NCBI GenBank assembly: GCA_041615815.1
Contig: JBFJCP010000003.1
Span: 127,125 to 191,124, forward strand
Direction: 5' to 3'
DNA from: Gemmatimonadales bacterium
Lineage (GTDB): Bacteria; Gemmatimonadota; Gemmatimonadetes; Gemmatimonadales; GWC2-71-9
DNA length: 64,000 bases
Below, one piece after another: positions 1-9,767 of this stretch. The notes under the pieces were generated by a model. It had not been told where the DNA came from, did no database searches, and saw only the letters and a program-made list of their open reading frames with translations. A program made the translations under genes and the position numbers. Every line of letters begins with the position of its first letter. Positions within the stretch are counted from its first letter, which is position 1.

Positions 1-620
1 GCTTCGAGCTCGCCGAGTATTTCCGCCAGTCGTGATTCTGCAATGCCGGTCGTCCGCAGTATCCGGGAGCGAATGACGCGCAACGGCCCGCCCGACCGTT
101 GAAGCCGGTCTTCCAGCCGGGGGACCACTTCGTCCCGCATGAGCGCCCGCATCTCAAACGGCACCCCAGGCAGGAGGACCGCGGTGCCCGGTGGACCTTC
201 CATCCAGAGCCCGGGAGCGGTGCCTTTCCGATTGGGCAGGACGGTGGCGCCGCGGGGGACCTCTGCCTGACATCGGTTGGTCTCCGGCATTGGCCCCCGG
301 CCCATCGCGGCAAACCGTTCGCGGAGCCTTTCGAGATAGGCCTCGTCGAGCTCCAGGGGGGCGTCGAAGATATCTGCGATCGCCCGTTTGGTTACGTCGT
401 CCTTTGTCGGTCCTAGGCCACCGGTTGTGATAACGAACCCCGACCGCCGGAGGGCACCTGCCACGGCCTCGTGGATCGCCGGCCCCGCGTCCCCGACGGT
501 GGTATGACCGGCGACCCGCGCGCCCACCGCCGCCACGGCTTGCGCGATTTCGGCTGCGTTGCTGTCGAGAGTGAACCCGAGCAGGAGCTCGGTTCCGATG
601 GTGACGATCTCAAGATCCAT
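1..620 (-). CDS. cinA: Competence/damage-inducible protein CinA (molybdopterin-binding-like N-terminus), 3' end outside window
   Basis: Reverse strand from ATG at 620 reads MDLEIVTIGTELLLGFTLDSNAAEIAQA...TTGGLGPTKDDVT; follows pgsA as is common. Confidence 0.9.
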   Translation of the reverse strand, partial: MDLEIVTIGTELLLGFTLDSNAAEIAQAVAAVGARVAGHTTVGDAGPAIHEAVAGALRRSGFVITTGGLGPTKDDVTKRAIADIFDAPLELDEAYLERLRERFAAMGRGPMPETNRCQAEVPRGATVLPNRKGTAPGLWMEGPPGTAVLLPGVPFEMRALMRDEVVPRLEDRLQRSGGPLRVIRSRILRTTGIAESRLAEILGELE

Positions 621-1278
621 CGCCGGGGGCGCTACCCCCCGCGGGGGTGCTGCGGAAGAGCCGGCGGTAGCGGTACATGTAGACGGCCAGGGAATACGCC
701 GTCAGCAGCACGGCGCCGGCCAAGGTGATGGCCACGAGCGCACCGTGAAACCGATCCCACAGCGCGCCCAACCACCCCCGCTCCCACCCGAAGGCCACCC
801 GCATGTCTTTCCATGCGAACCACGCAATCGTGGCGCCAATGAAGATGTCCTGCACGATCGTCTTCGCCTTCCCGGCTCCCCCGGCCGCGATGACCACCCC
901 TCGCCGCTTGGCAAGCTGGCGGAACAGCGTCATCACGACCTCGCGACCAATCAGCAGGATGGCGACCCACAGCGGGAGGCTACCCCACCACGGGATCTCA
1001 TACTCATGCATCGGGTACCTGGTGATCCAATAGATGGGGATCAAGGTGGCAAACAGCAGCAACTTGTCCGCCAGCGGATCCAACAGCTTGCCGAGGTCGG
1101 TAATCTGATCCCGCTCGCGGGCGAGCCGGCCGTCATAGATATCGCTAATGGCGGCAGCCAAGAACACCACGAAGGCAATCAACTTGGGCAGATATCCGGT
1201 GATGAAGGGGAGGAGAGCAATCACCGGTGCCAGCGCGATGCGCGTGACGGTCAGAATGTTGGGCAGCGTCCAGATCAT
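610..1278 (-). CDS. pgsA: CDP-diacylglycerol--glycerol-3-phosphate 3-phosphatidyltransferase
   Basis: TLPNILT, DIYDGRLAR..LGKLLDPLADK motif; start may be 1278 or 1290. Confidence 0.92.
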   Translation of the reverse strand: MIWTLPNILTVTRIALAPVIALLPFITGYLPKLIAFVVFLAAAISDIYDGRLARERDQITDLGKLLDPLADKLLLFATLIPIYWITRYPMHEYEIPWWGSLPLWVAILLIGREVVMTLFRQLAKRRGVVIAAGGAGKAKTIVQDIFIGATIAWFAWKDMRVAFGWERGWLGALWDRFHGALVAITLAGAVLLTAYSLAVYMYRYRRLFRSTPAGGSAPGDGS

Positions 1279-1427
1279 TTGCACTTCCATCACCGCGGTC
1301 CGGGTTCCGTTTCCTGCTGCCCTGCGCCCACCCCCCCTAATTTACATCCCCCGCACCCCCGGGCCTCCAACATTCCGCGTGAAGCTCATTTCAGAATTCT
1401 CACCGCCCATCCTCCCCTCTGTGCGGG

Positions 1428-2102
1428 CTAGCTCAGCGTCTTGAGCACCATCTTGGCCACGGCGCGGAGGGTGTCGAACACTCCATCACCCGTGACCGCG
1501 ACCGATTCGAAGAAGGGTACCCGCTCGATCCACGTCCCGTTCACTTGGTGGATCAGCATCTCACCGTTGTTGAAGGGGTCCGGCGTGGGCTTCTGCTTAG
1601 CCGGGTCTTCCACCGGCCAGCCGGGATTGAGCGCGTCCTGCAGCGTCGTGACGGGCGCCGCATTGGGAAGATCTCGTTTGTTGTATTGAATGGCGAAGGG
1701 GATCTTGGTGAGATCGTAACCGTACTCCGCCATGTTGTCATACAGGTTTTGCATGGACTCGATGTTCGCTTCCATGCGTTCCATCTGACTGTCGGCAACG
1801 AAAATGACGCCGTCGACCCCTTTGAGAATCAACTTCCGCGAGGCGTTGTAATAGACCTGCCCAGGGACGGTATAGAGATGGAATCGCGTCTTGAACCCGC
1901 GGATGGTGCCGAGGTCGACGGGAAGAAAGTCGAAGAACAGGGTTCGCTCGGTTTCCGTGGCCAGCGATACCATCTTTCCGCGGGTCTCCGGCGCGAGCTT
2001 CCCAAAGATGTGCTCGAGGTTCGTCGTCTTGCCGCCCAGACCGGGACCGTAATAGACCAACTTACAGTTGATCTCCCGCGAGGCGTAGTTGATCATCGAC
2101 AT
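1428..2102 (-). CDS. mglA: Ras-like small GTPase MglA
   Basis: [46 protein letters not shown]. Confidence 0.96.
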   Translation of the reverse strand: MSMINYASREINCKLVYYGPGLGGKTTNLEHIFGKLAPETRGKMVSLATETERTLFFDFLPVDLGTIRGFKTRFHLYTVPGQVYYNASRKLILKGVDGVIFVADSQMERMEANIESMQNLYDNMAEYGYDLTKIPFAIQYNKRDLPNAAPVTTLQDALNPGWPVEDPAKQKPTPDPFNNGEMLIHQVNGTWIERVPFFESVAVTGDGVFDTLRAVAKMVLKTLS

Positions 2103-2123
2103 CAGTAACCGCGCCTCCCTCGA

Positions 2124-2621
2124 CTACTCCCCAAAAAGTCGGTCGATCTCGTCCTCGGCCCCCTCCAGCAGTCCGGCACCCGGCCGGCGCTGATCGTCCG
2201 CGGAGGGGGTACGGCTGAACATCTCTTCGAACAGCTTCGACAGCTCGAGGACCGTCTGTTTGACCCGGAGCCGGACCATACCCACCGTCGTTCGCTGATC
2301 GAAGAGTACTACCAGAATCACGCGCCTTGCGATATCCGCCAGGTACATCGATTCTTTCTCGCCCTGATGAAACAGTGATGCAAACTCGGGCTCGCCGATC
2401 ATCTTTGCCAATTGATCGTTGGCGCTGAAATCCGCCGCCGTGAGCGAGGCAAAGGCGGTCGGATCGAACGACAGACGCTCACCGGCATTCGCGAGGAGCT
2501 GGCCGGTCCGATCGACGAGCAACGCGCAGCGCGCGTTTGACTCCTTGAGGAACATCGTCAGATGTTCCGTGATCCGGTGGTAGTCACGCTCGTCGAGCGA
2601 CCAGGTACCAGCACCTGCCAT
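2124..2621 (-). CDS. mglB: Roadblock/LC7 protein MglB (GAP of MglA)
   Basis: LLVDRTGQL, ASLTAADFSANDQLAKMIGEPEF..LFHQGEKES, acidic C-tail EDEIDRLF; adjacent to mglA. Confidence 0.93.
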   Translation of the reverse strand: MAGAGTWSLDERDYHRITEHLTMFLKESNARCALLVDRTGQLLANAGERLSFDPTAFASLTAADFSANDQLAKMIGEPEFASLFHQGEKESMYLADIARRVILVVLFDQRTTVGMVRLRVKQTVLELSKLFEEMFSRTPSADDQRRPGAGLLEGAEDEIDRLFGE

Positions 2622-2632
2622 GTATCTCTCGC

Positions 2633-2905
2633 TTACCCGAGTTTTGTTTCCATGCGCCGGATGATCGTTTCCGCCCGTCGGCGGAGGATGGGATGTTGCT
2701 CCCAAGCCAGGTAATCGCGCAAAAGACGTACCGCCTCCACGCTCGGATGCCCGTTGAGATAACCTAAGGCGGACAGGCGACGCAATGGATGTCCGCTGAA
2801 GAGGTTGCGACGGTACTTGCCCATCGAGTGCTGCGCCAGTACGGCTCCCAGTAAGGAGCCCACACCAAACGCGAGCAGTGCCGCCTTGGTTTTGCGGCCA
2901 ATCAT
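2633..2905 (-). CDS. Small hypothetical protein, N-terminal TM helix plus HEAT-like helical hairpin
   Basis: ATGA overlap with the recR stop; hydrophobic N-terminus; fills the recR-mglB gap. Confidence 0.75.
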   Translation of the reverse strand: MIGRKTKAALLAFGVGSLLGAVLAQHSMGKYRRNLFSGHPLRRLSALGYLNGHPSVEAVRLLRDYLAWEQHPILRRRAETIIRRMETKLG

Positions 2906-3498
2906 GGCGTCATCTCCCGTCGCGCGGCAAGCGCCTGCGCAATGGTCACACCGTCGGCATATTCGAGATCGCCGCCCACTGGCAGCCCAAGGGCGATCCG
3001 CGTCACCCGCACGCCGCTCTGGGCCAACATCTCTCGCACATACGTGGCGGTCACCTCGCCTTCCATCGACGGATTCGTCGCCACGATCACTTCCCGCACG
3101 GCTCCACCGTTGGCGAGACGGCCCCGCAGGCTCGCAAGACGCAACTCATCGGGTCCGATCCCGTCGAGCGGCGACAGGTGTCCACCCAGCACGTGGTACC
3201 GACCGCGATACTCCCCCGTGCGCTCGATGGGCAAAATGTCCGACGCCTCCTCCACGACACACAACACCGAGCCGTCCCGTCGTGGATCGGCACAGATGGG
3301 GCAGGGATCGGCCTCGCTGAGATTCCCGCACTCCGAGCATGGCTGGACGCGCTCGGCGATACCCCGGATGGCCTCTGCCAGCCGGGCGACGGTTTCGGGC
3401 GGCTGTTTGAGCAGAAAGTACGTCAGGCGCGTCGCCGTCTTTCGCCCGATGCCCGGCAGCTTGGACAGCTCGCCGGTGAGCTCATCGATCGCCGACAC
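2902..3498 (-). CDS. recR: Recombination mediator RecR
   Basis: LPGIGRKTATRL HhH, CSECGN..CPIC Zn finger, Toprim, GLPVGGDLEYAD. Confidence 0.97.
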   Translation of the reverse strand: MSAIDELTGELSKLPGIGRKTATRLTYFLLKQPPETVARLAEAIRGIAERVQPCSECGNLSEADPCPICADPRRDGSVLCVVEEASDILPIERTGEYRGRYHVLGGHLSPLDGIGPDELRLASLRGRLANGGAVREVIVATNPSMEGEVTATYVREMLAQSGVRVTRIALGLPVGGDLEYADGVTIAQALAARREMTP

Positions 3499-3502
3499 GC
3501 GC

Positions 3503-3820
3503 TCAGAGCGGCAACTGAAACGGCAACGGCAGTCCGCCCGTGACCTTGCTCAACTCGGCTCGGTACAGCTCTTCGGCTTTGCGCTGTGCATCGCTCACGG
3601 CCGCCAGCACCAGGTCCTCGAGCATCTCGACGTCCCCGTCGGCGGCGGCCGCGGGGTCGATCTGGATCGTGCGAATCTGTCCTCGGCCATCGGCAGTGGC
3701 TTTCACCATCCCGCCTCCGGCCGAGCCGGTCACCGTCCGCTGCGCCAGCTCGGTCTGCATCTGGGTAATGCGGCCCTGCATCTGCTGTCCGAGCTGAAGG
3801 AGTTGTGAGAGGTCCGCCAT
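3503..3820 (-). CDS. ybaB: YbaB/EbfC nucleoid-associated protein
   Basis: GSAGGGMVK..DVEMLEDLVLAA; between dnaX and recR. Confidence 0.95.
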   Translation of the reverse strand: MADLSQLLQLGQQMQGRITQMQTELAQRTVTGSAGGGMVKATADGRGQIRTIQIDPAAAADGDVEMLEDLVLAAVSDAQRKAEELYRAELSKVTGGLPLPFQLPL

Positions 3821-3864
3821 CGCGTCGTGCTCGATTCTCTTCTCGGAAAGGCTCGAATTTGTGC

Positions 3865-3893
3865 AAGCTACCCTGGCCTCAGGGACGCCGCAA
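3865..3893 (-). promoter_or_regulatory. Candidate sigma70 promoter for ybaB-recR-mglBA
   Basis: TTGCGG-N17-TAGCTT in the dnaX-ybaB gap. Confidence 0.5.
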
Positions 3894-3918
3894 GCAACCA
3901 CGTCACACCGAGTTTAAG

Positions 3919-5574
3919 TCATTCCAGGAGTTCGAGATCCAGCGCATCCGCCACGGTGTCGAGCGCCGGGTCCTTCGCCCGCCATGACTTGACGCGCTCC
4001 TCCTGATCGCCCGTACGGCTGAGCCGCTGTGGCTCGGCCTGGGAGGTGGGGGTTTCGCCTTGCTCGTCTGGGCGGCACTCGACACGGAGGCGCCACCCCG
4101 TGACCCGCTGAATCGCCGTGCCGATCAGGGCGGTACTCTGCTGCAGGCCCTGAAGATGGACATCGCTCTGGGTCACTTCGAGGGTCACGCCATGCGCCGT
4201 GACTGCCACCGGCCGAGCGTGGGCGAGCGCCTCCCGCACCATACGCCGTTTCTGCCCTACGGCCTCCAGCACGGCGGGCCACACCGCTTCGAGCCCCGTC
4301 ACGGACGGGGGGTCTCCCGGCGTCGGCGGTGCGGGCGCCGCCGCGCGTGGGGCCCGGCTCGCACCCGCCGTCTGTTTGGGACGCGGCACCCGAGAGACCG
4401 GTTCCGCTGGCGCATCTCGCCGGGTGACACCGAGGGCATCGAGCACAGCCTGAATCTCCACCGTGCGGTCGAGGAGCGACCACTGCACGAGGAGCGTTTC
4501 CACGTGCAGACGGACGTTCGGACTTCGCCGGATCAGGACCTCGGTCTCGCCAAAAAGCCTCAGCATTCGCAACACGTCTCCCTCGCCACACCGCTCCGCG
4601 TTCCGCCGGACCGCGCTCCGAAGGACCTCGCTCACGCCCTCGGCTTGCGCACCGACGATGTGCAGGAGGAGCGCCCGCAGGGCCTCACCGGCTCCGTTGG
4701 TGAACTCGATCAGGTCGGCACCGGCTTCGACGAGCCGGGCCACGAAGGGGAAGACGTCCGCCGTGCGGCCTTCCACGACAATGTCCAGCAATTCGGCATA
4801 GACCTCGTCGTCGATGAGCCCCAGGGCATCCCGCACCCGCGTCGCCGTCACGGCACCCTCTCCGAACGCCAACGTCTGATCCAGCAGCGACAGAGCATCC
4901 CGCAACGCGCCGGAGGCTACCCGGGCAATCAGCTGCGCCGCATCGTCCTCCAGCACGATGTTCTCCGCCTTCGCAACGTATTGCAGGCGCTCGGTGATTG
5001 CCTGCGGCCCGATCCGCCGAAAATCGAAGCGTTGCACCCGGCTGAGGACCGGTGCGGCGGTATTGGCAATCTTTTGGGGTTCGGTGGTTGCGAACACGAA
5101 CACGACCCGCGCGGGTGGCTCCTCCAGAATCTTGAGCAGCGCATTCCACGCTTCCCTGGTCAACATGTGCGCTTCGTCGATGATGTACGCCTTGTAGCGT
5201 TCCGCACCGCTGGCCGCATACATGGCCCGCTCACGAAGGTCACGAGCATCATCGACACCCCGATTGCTGGCGGCGTCGATCTCGACGACGTCGAGGTTGG
5301 CGGCGCCGGACCAGATCCGGTGGCAGGAATCACATGCGCCACAGGGCTCGCCCGGGGGTGCGGCATCCGTCCCTCGGCGCTCGCAGTTGAGGGACATGGC
5401 CAAGATCCGCGCCGCAGAGGTCTTCCCCACGCCCCGAGGACCCGTGAGCAGGTACGCGTGGGCGACACGGTCCTTGGCTACGGCACCCGTGAGTCCGGCC
5501 GCCACGTGTTCTTGCGCGACGAGTCCGGAGAAACGGGTTGGTCGATACTTCCGGGCGAGTGCAGTACGTGTCAT
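3919..5574 (-). CDS. dnaX: DNA polymerase III subunit gamma/tau
   Basis: LARKYRP, GPRGVGKTS, EIDAASNRGVDD, IIDEAHML. Confidence 0.97.
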   Translation of the reverse strand: MTRTALARKYRPTRFSGLVAQEHVAAGLTGAVAKDRVAHAYLLTGPRGVGKTSAARILAMSLNCERRGTDAAPPGEPCGACDSCHRIWSGAANLDVVEIDAASNRGVDDARDLRERAMYAASGAERYKAYIIDEAHMLTREAWNALLKILEEPPARVVFVFATTEPQKIANTAAPVLSRVQRFDFRRIGPQAITERLQYVAKAENIVLEDDAAQLIARVASGALRDALSLLDQTLAFGEGAVTATRVRDALGLIDDEVYAELLDIVVEGRTADVFPFVARLVEAGADLIEFTNGAGEALRALLLHIVGAQAEGVSEVLRSAVRRNAERCGEGDVLRMLRLFGETEVLIRRSPNVRLHVETLLVQWSLLDRTVEIQAVLDALGVTRRDAPAEPVSRVPRPKQTAGASRAPRAAAPAPPTPGDPPSVTGLEAVWPAVLEAVGQKRRMVREALAHARPVAVTAHGVTLEVTQSDVHLQGLQQSTALIGTAIQRVTGWRLRVECRPDEQGETPTSQAEPQRLSRTGDQEERVKSWRAKDPALDTVADALDLELLE

Positions 5575-5585
5575 GAGAGGTAAAC

Positions 5586-5682
5586 GCCCCAGGCTCCCCG
5601 AAGCGACGCCGACCATCGCTTAGCGCTGCTACCTTCACGGTCCTGACGCGGTTCGCGCGCCTGCGCCCTCCGGACCTGGGGC
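5586..5682 (-). ncRNA. ffs: Signal recognition particle RNA (small bacterial 4.5S type)
   Basis: 97-nt rod closed by GCCCCAGG/CCUGGGGC; contains UCAGG-ACC-GUGAA-GGU-AGCAGC domain IV motif; classic position upstream of dnaX. Confidence 0.92.
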
Positions 5683-5688
5683 ATGCGA

Positions 5689-5716
5689 AAGCTAGTGAAC
5701 CGACAGGTGATGGCAA
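5689..5716 (-). promoter_or_regulatory. Candidate sigma70 promoter of ffs
   Basis: TTGCCA-N16-TAGCTT, 6 nt before the SRP 5' stem. Confidence 0.6.
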
Positions 5717-5815
5717 AGTGGAGAGACCAAAGCGGCAGCAGTGGACGCCGTATCGCTGCCGCTGCGGCCCGCGCGCTCGTTGCTGCGCACGAGGCGAGTG
5801 GCGAGGCGTGGCCAC

Positions 5816-7264
5816 TCACCGATGCCCACCCCACTTGGACCACGTCCCGGGAATGAAGAGCACCAGCAGTGTGTAGAACTCCAGCCGCCCCAGCAGCATG
5901 AGCGCGGATAGGATGAGATGGGCTGCCCCTCCGAGATCGCCATAGTGGGAGGCCGGGCCCACCGCTCCCAACCCTGGCCCAATACTCGACATCGCCGCCA
6001 GGGACGCACTCGTGGCGGTCACGATGTCGTTCCCCAAGACGGTCAACAGGATCGTTCCCAGGCCGTGGGTAAGCATGTATAACGCCAGAAACGCCAGAAC
6101 GTTTGCCATGATGTCCGACCGGATCGTGCGTCGCCCGAGCTTCGTCGCGATCACGGCGCGCGGGTGGAGCACTTTGCGCACCTCGCTGGCAGCATGTTTC
6201 AGCACGACGACCGACCGGACGACCTTGAAGCCGCCGCCCGTGGACCCCCCCATGGCCCCCACGAACATCAGGCCCAACAACAAGACCTGACAGAAGGCCG
6301 GCCATGCACCAAAATCGGCGGTCACGAACCCTGTGGTGGTGTGCACCGCAGCGACGTTGAAGAACGCCTCCCGCCATCCGTCCACGCCCCAGTCGCCACC
6401 CGAGAGTCCCAGCGCCAGAAAGACCGCAGCTGCGGACGCCACCATGATCCCGAAATACCAACGCCACTCGGCGTCGCGAAACCACGTCCCGGTCTTCCCG
6501 GTGAGAAACCGGTAGTTGAGGGTGAAGTTCGTGCCCGCAATCACCATGAATATGATGGTGACCCACTGAATGGCGGGCCGGTACGCACCGAGGGACGCGG
6601 TACGGGTCGAGAACCCGCCCGTGGCCATGGCGCTCATGGCGTGATTGACGGCGTCGAACGTCGACATGCCGAGAAACAGATAGATTGCCGCCAAGAGCAC
6701 CGTGAAGAACGCATAGACGCCCCATAGCAACCGTGCCGTCGATGCAATGCGTGGCTTGAGACGTTCCTCCGGCACTCCCGGCGCCTCAGCTCTGAACAAC
6801 TGTGCGCCACCCATGCCGATCAGCGGCAGGATGGCGACCCCCAACACGATGATGCCCATGCCACCCAACCAGTGGGAAACCGAACGCCAGAGCAGAATGC
6901 TGGGGGGGAGGGCCTCGATCTCCGAAAAGACCGTCGCCCCCGTGGTCGTGAAGCCCGAGACCGATTCGAAGACGGCGGCGGGCACGCTGGGCGCGGTGCC
7001 GGTGAAGATGAAGGGCAGGCTGCCCGCCAGCACGACGGCCAACCAGCCCAGGCCCACCACGGCCAGCCCCTCTCGAGGGTTGATCGAGATCTCACGCGGC
7101 GTCGTACGCCACATGAGCCCACCGGCTCCGGCCGTCGTGACGACCGCGCCCGCCCAGGGAAGCACAGAGCCTTCGGGGATGGCGAAGCCCATGCAAACGA
7201 GCATCGCCCCCGCCGTCCACACGAGAAGTGCGCCGACGACGTGAAGGACTTCGAGAACGTTCAC
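5816..7264 (-). CDS. trkH: Trk potassium uptake membrane protein
   Basis: FESVSGFTTTGAT, WLGGMGII, ATGGFS, GSTGGGFK, LGRLE. Confidence 0.95.
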   Translation of the reverse strand: MNVLEVLHVVGALLVWTAGAMLVCMGFAIPEGSVLPWAGAVVTTAGAGGLMWRTTPREISINPREGLAVVGLGWLAVVLAGSLPFIFTGTAPSVPAAVFESVSGFTTTGATVFSEIEALPPSILLWRSVSHWLGGMGIIVLGVAILPLIGMGGAQLFRAEAPGVPEERLKPRIASTARLLWGVYAFFTVLLAAIYLFLGMSTFDAVNHAMSAMATGGFSTRTASLGAYRPAIQWVTIIFMVIAGTNFTLNYRFLTGKTGTWFRDAEWRWYFGIMVASAAAVFLALGLSGGDWGVDGWREAFFNVAAVHTTTGFVTADFGAWPAFCQVLLLGLMFVGAMGGSTGGGFKVVRSVVVLKHAASEVRKVLHPRAVIATKLGRRTIRSDIMANVLAFLALYMLTHGLGTILLTVLGNDIVTATSASLAAMSSIGPGLGAVGPASHYGDLGGAAHLILSALMLLGRLEFYTLLVLFIPGTWSKWGGHR

Positions 7265-8622
7265 GCGGGGAAGAGCTTGGTCACCGCCCGAATCGCGTCG
7301 GGCAGCGCAAACACGATGGCGGTATCCCCGACCTCGAGCACATCGTGGCCGCGCGGAACGGTCACGTCGGTGCCGCGGACGATGGCGGCGACGATCGCAC
7401 CCTCGGGGATATGAGCCTCAGCCAGCGGGAGACCGTGGAGCGGTGACGCGTGGGAAACATGGAACGCAATGGCCTCGGCGTTGCTGTCCTTGAAGGTCGC
7501 AACCCGGGTGACCGTGCCCCGCCTCACGTAGCGGAGAATGGCGTTGGCCGCCGACATCCGGGGACTGACCGCCGCATCGAGTCCCACCCGACGGGCCAAC
7601 GCGATGTATTGCACTTGATTGACGAGCGTGATCACCTGTTTGGCGCCGGCATGTCTGGCCACGAGCGCCGCGAGAATGTTCGTTTCGTCGACCTCGGTGA
7701 GGGCGACGAAGCCGTCCACCCCACCCACGCCCTCGAGCTCCAGAAGCTCCAGGTCGGTAGCGTTGCCATGGAGAACCAGGGCCTTGTCCAAACGCTCTGC
7801 CAACTCTTGGGCCCGAGCGCGCTCCTTGACCAGCATGATTGCCTGCACACCATGATGCTGCAAAAGGCGAGCGAGATAGAACGCCTCATGGCTGCCACCC
7901 GCGATCATGACCCGCTTGAGGCTCGACGGTTGATGCCCGCACAGTTTGAGCGCCGTTCCAATGTCGCTGGCTGCCGCCACCACATAGAGCTGGTCTCCGG
8001 CGAGGACTTCGGTGGAGCCGGAGGGAACGATCGTCTCCCCGTCTCGGTCGATGGCCACCGTCAGCATCGCATGATGCCCCTCTTCGGCACCGATGTCCGC
8101 CAATCGACGCTGGGCGATGGGCGCTCCCTCACTCACTTTCAGACCGATGAATTGCACGGCACCGTCGGCAAACACGGCGATGTCCGTTGCCGCCGTCGAC
8201 TGTAACAATCGAATCGTCTCGAGCGCCAACTCCCGCTCGGGATTGATCATGACGTCGACACCAAACCGCTCGGGATGCAGGTGCTGCTTTTCGACATAGA
8301 AGTCCGGGTTCGACACCCGGGCCACCTTGACCAATTGCGTGCTGCCGCGAGCACTCATGCAGCAAACGAGGTTCACCTCGTCCACGTTGGTCACGGCAAT
8401 CAGCAGGCTCGCCTCCTTGAGACCCGCTCGCTCGAGAACCGCCGGGCTGACACCGCTGCCCTCCAACACCGCGACATCCAGGTGGCTGGCCACATAGTCC
8501 AAGCGGTCAGCGTCCACATCCACGACGACAACGTCATGATGTTCTGCCGCCAGACGCTCGGCAACATGATACCCGACCTCACCTGCTCCGACGACGATGA
8601 TGCGCATCGACCCGTGGCTCAC
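7261..8622 (-). CDS. trkA: Trk potassium uptake NAD-binding regulator
   Basis: MRIIVVGAGEVG, two RCK N/C repeats; start 8622 (GTG) or 8607 (ATG). Confidence 0.95.
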   Translation of the reverse strand: MSHGSMRIIVVGAGEVGYHVAERLAAEHHDVVVVDVDADRLDYVASHLDVAVLEGSGVSPAVLERAGLKEASLLIAVTNVDEVNLVCCMSARGSTQLVKVARVSNPDFYVEKQHLHPERFGVDVMINPERELALETIRLLQSTAATDIAVFADGAVQFIGLKVSEGAPIAQRRLADIGAEEGHHAMLTVAIDRDGETIVPSGSTEVLAGDQLYVVAAASDIGTALKLCGHQPSSLKRVMIAGGSHEAFYLARLLQHHGVQAIMLVKERARAQELAERLDKALVLHGNATDLELLELEGVGGVDGFVALTEVDETNILAALVARHAGAKQVITLVNQVQYIALARRVGLDAAVSPRMSAANAILRYVRRGTVTRVATFKDSNAEAIAFHVSHASPLHGLPLAEAHIPEGAIVAAIVRGTDVTVPRGHDVLEVGDTAIVFALPDAIRAVTKLFPA

Positions 8623-8697
8623 TCTCTCCGTCTTGTGGGTTGACGATGGGTGGGCGATGAAGATGCGACGGCGACCGACGCCGACGCGCCTTCGGCC

Positions 8698-9729
8698 CTA
8701 GTTCGCGGCGCCCTTCTCCAACACCCGGGCAATGATCTCGGCTGCCCGAGCCACGTCCTCGGTCGTGACGTTGAGATGCGTTACCGCCCGGAGGCGTTGG
8801 GAGCCGAACGGCACGACGAGCACCCCCGCGTCCGCAAGGCGTGGGACGACCGCCGCGGCCACCGTCGACCCCAAGAGATCCAGCATCACGATATTGGTCT
8901 CGGGGGGAACGGCACGCACCGCGGGATGCCCGTCCAAGCGCCCGGCGAACATTTTCGCCTTCGAGTGGTCCTCGGCCAGGCAGGGGAGGTGATGGTCGAG
9001 CGCGTACAGACCCGCCGCCGTCAGGATGCCCGACTGGCGCATTCCCCCGCCAAGCCGCCGACGGACCTCCCGAGCCTCCGCCACGAACCGGGCGTCACCG
9101 GCCACACAACTCCCCACGGGGCACCCGAGCCCTTTGGACAGCGACACCATGACTGAATCCGCACCCCGCGCTACCCGTGCCGGCTGGACCTCGAGCGCAA
9201 CGGCAGCATTCCACAACCGGGCGCCATCCAGGTGTACGGGCACCGCCCACGCCCGGGCCTGCGCCACTAACCCGTCCCACACCTCCAAAGGCATCACCCG
9301 GCCACCGGCGGCATTGTGTGTGTTTTCGGCCGCGACCACACTCACCCGGGGCAGGTGGGGCGAGGACTGGCGCCAGGCGTCGCCAAGCAACGTGGCCGTC
9401 AGTATGCCGTTTGGGGTCGTGACCGTGCGAATTTGCACTCCCGCCAAGGCCGCCAGCGCCGCCTTTTCGAAATGCACGAGGTGGGCATTTGCTTCCACCA
9501 GCACTTCCGTCCCCGGCTCGGAGTGGACCCACATGGCCGTCTGGTTGGCCTGGGTGCCCGAGGGAAAGAACAACGCAGCTTCCATCCCGACGAGATCCGC
9601 AATCCGCTCCTCGAGTCGGCGCGTCGTTGGGTCACCATCCAGCACATCGTCGCCCACGTCCGCCTCCGCGATCGCCTGCCGCATCCCGGCCGACGGTTGC
9701 GTGACGGTATCACTCCTGAGATCGATCAC
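8698..9729 (-). CDS. ltaE: Low-specificity L-threonine aldolase
   Basis: IDLRSDTVT, SGTQANQ, ENTHN, HLDGARLWNA, SLSKGLGCPVG. Confidence 0.93.
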   Translation of the reverse strand: MIDLRSDTVTQPSAGMRQAIAEADVGDDVLDGDPTTRRLEERIADLVGMEAALFFPSGTQANQTAMWVHSEPGTEVLVEANAHLVHFEKAALAALAGVQIRTVTTPNGILTATLLGDAWRQSSPHLPRVSVVAAENTHNAAGGRVMPLEVWDGLVAQARAWAVPVHLDGARLWNAAVALEVQPARVARGADSVMVSLSKGLGCPVGSCVAGDARFVAEAREVRRRLGGGMRQSGILTAAGLYALDHHLPCLAEDHSKAKMFAGRLDGHPAVRAVPPETNIVMLDLLGSTVAAAVVPRLADAGVLVVPFGSQRLRAVTHLNVTTEDVARAAEIIARVLEKGAAN

Positions 9730-9767
9730 CGAAGCGCCCACGACACAGCTCCCCAGTCGGACCGTTC

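Noticed and set aside
3919..5574. Programmed frameshift in dnaX (gamma/tau)
   Set aside because: No A-AAA-AAG or long A-run slippery site seen
4060..5583. Long antisense ORFs (this one, 17275-18879, 25358-27166, 60936-62411 and others)
   Set aside because: Shadows of real genes caused by high-GC codon bias; no recognisable motifs
5731..5763. AGCGGCAGC/GCTGCCGCT hairpin upstream of ffs as a possible Alu domain of a long SRP RNA
   Set aside because: It lies upstream of the candidate ffs promoter; more simply a trkH 3' hairpin
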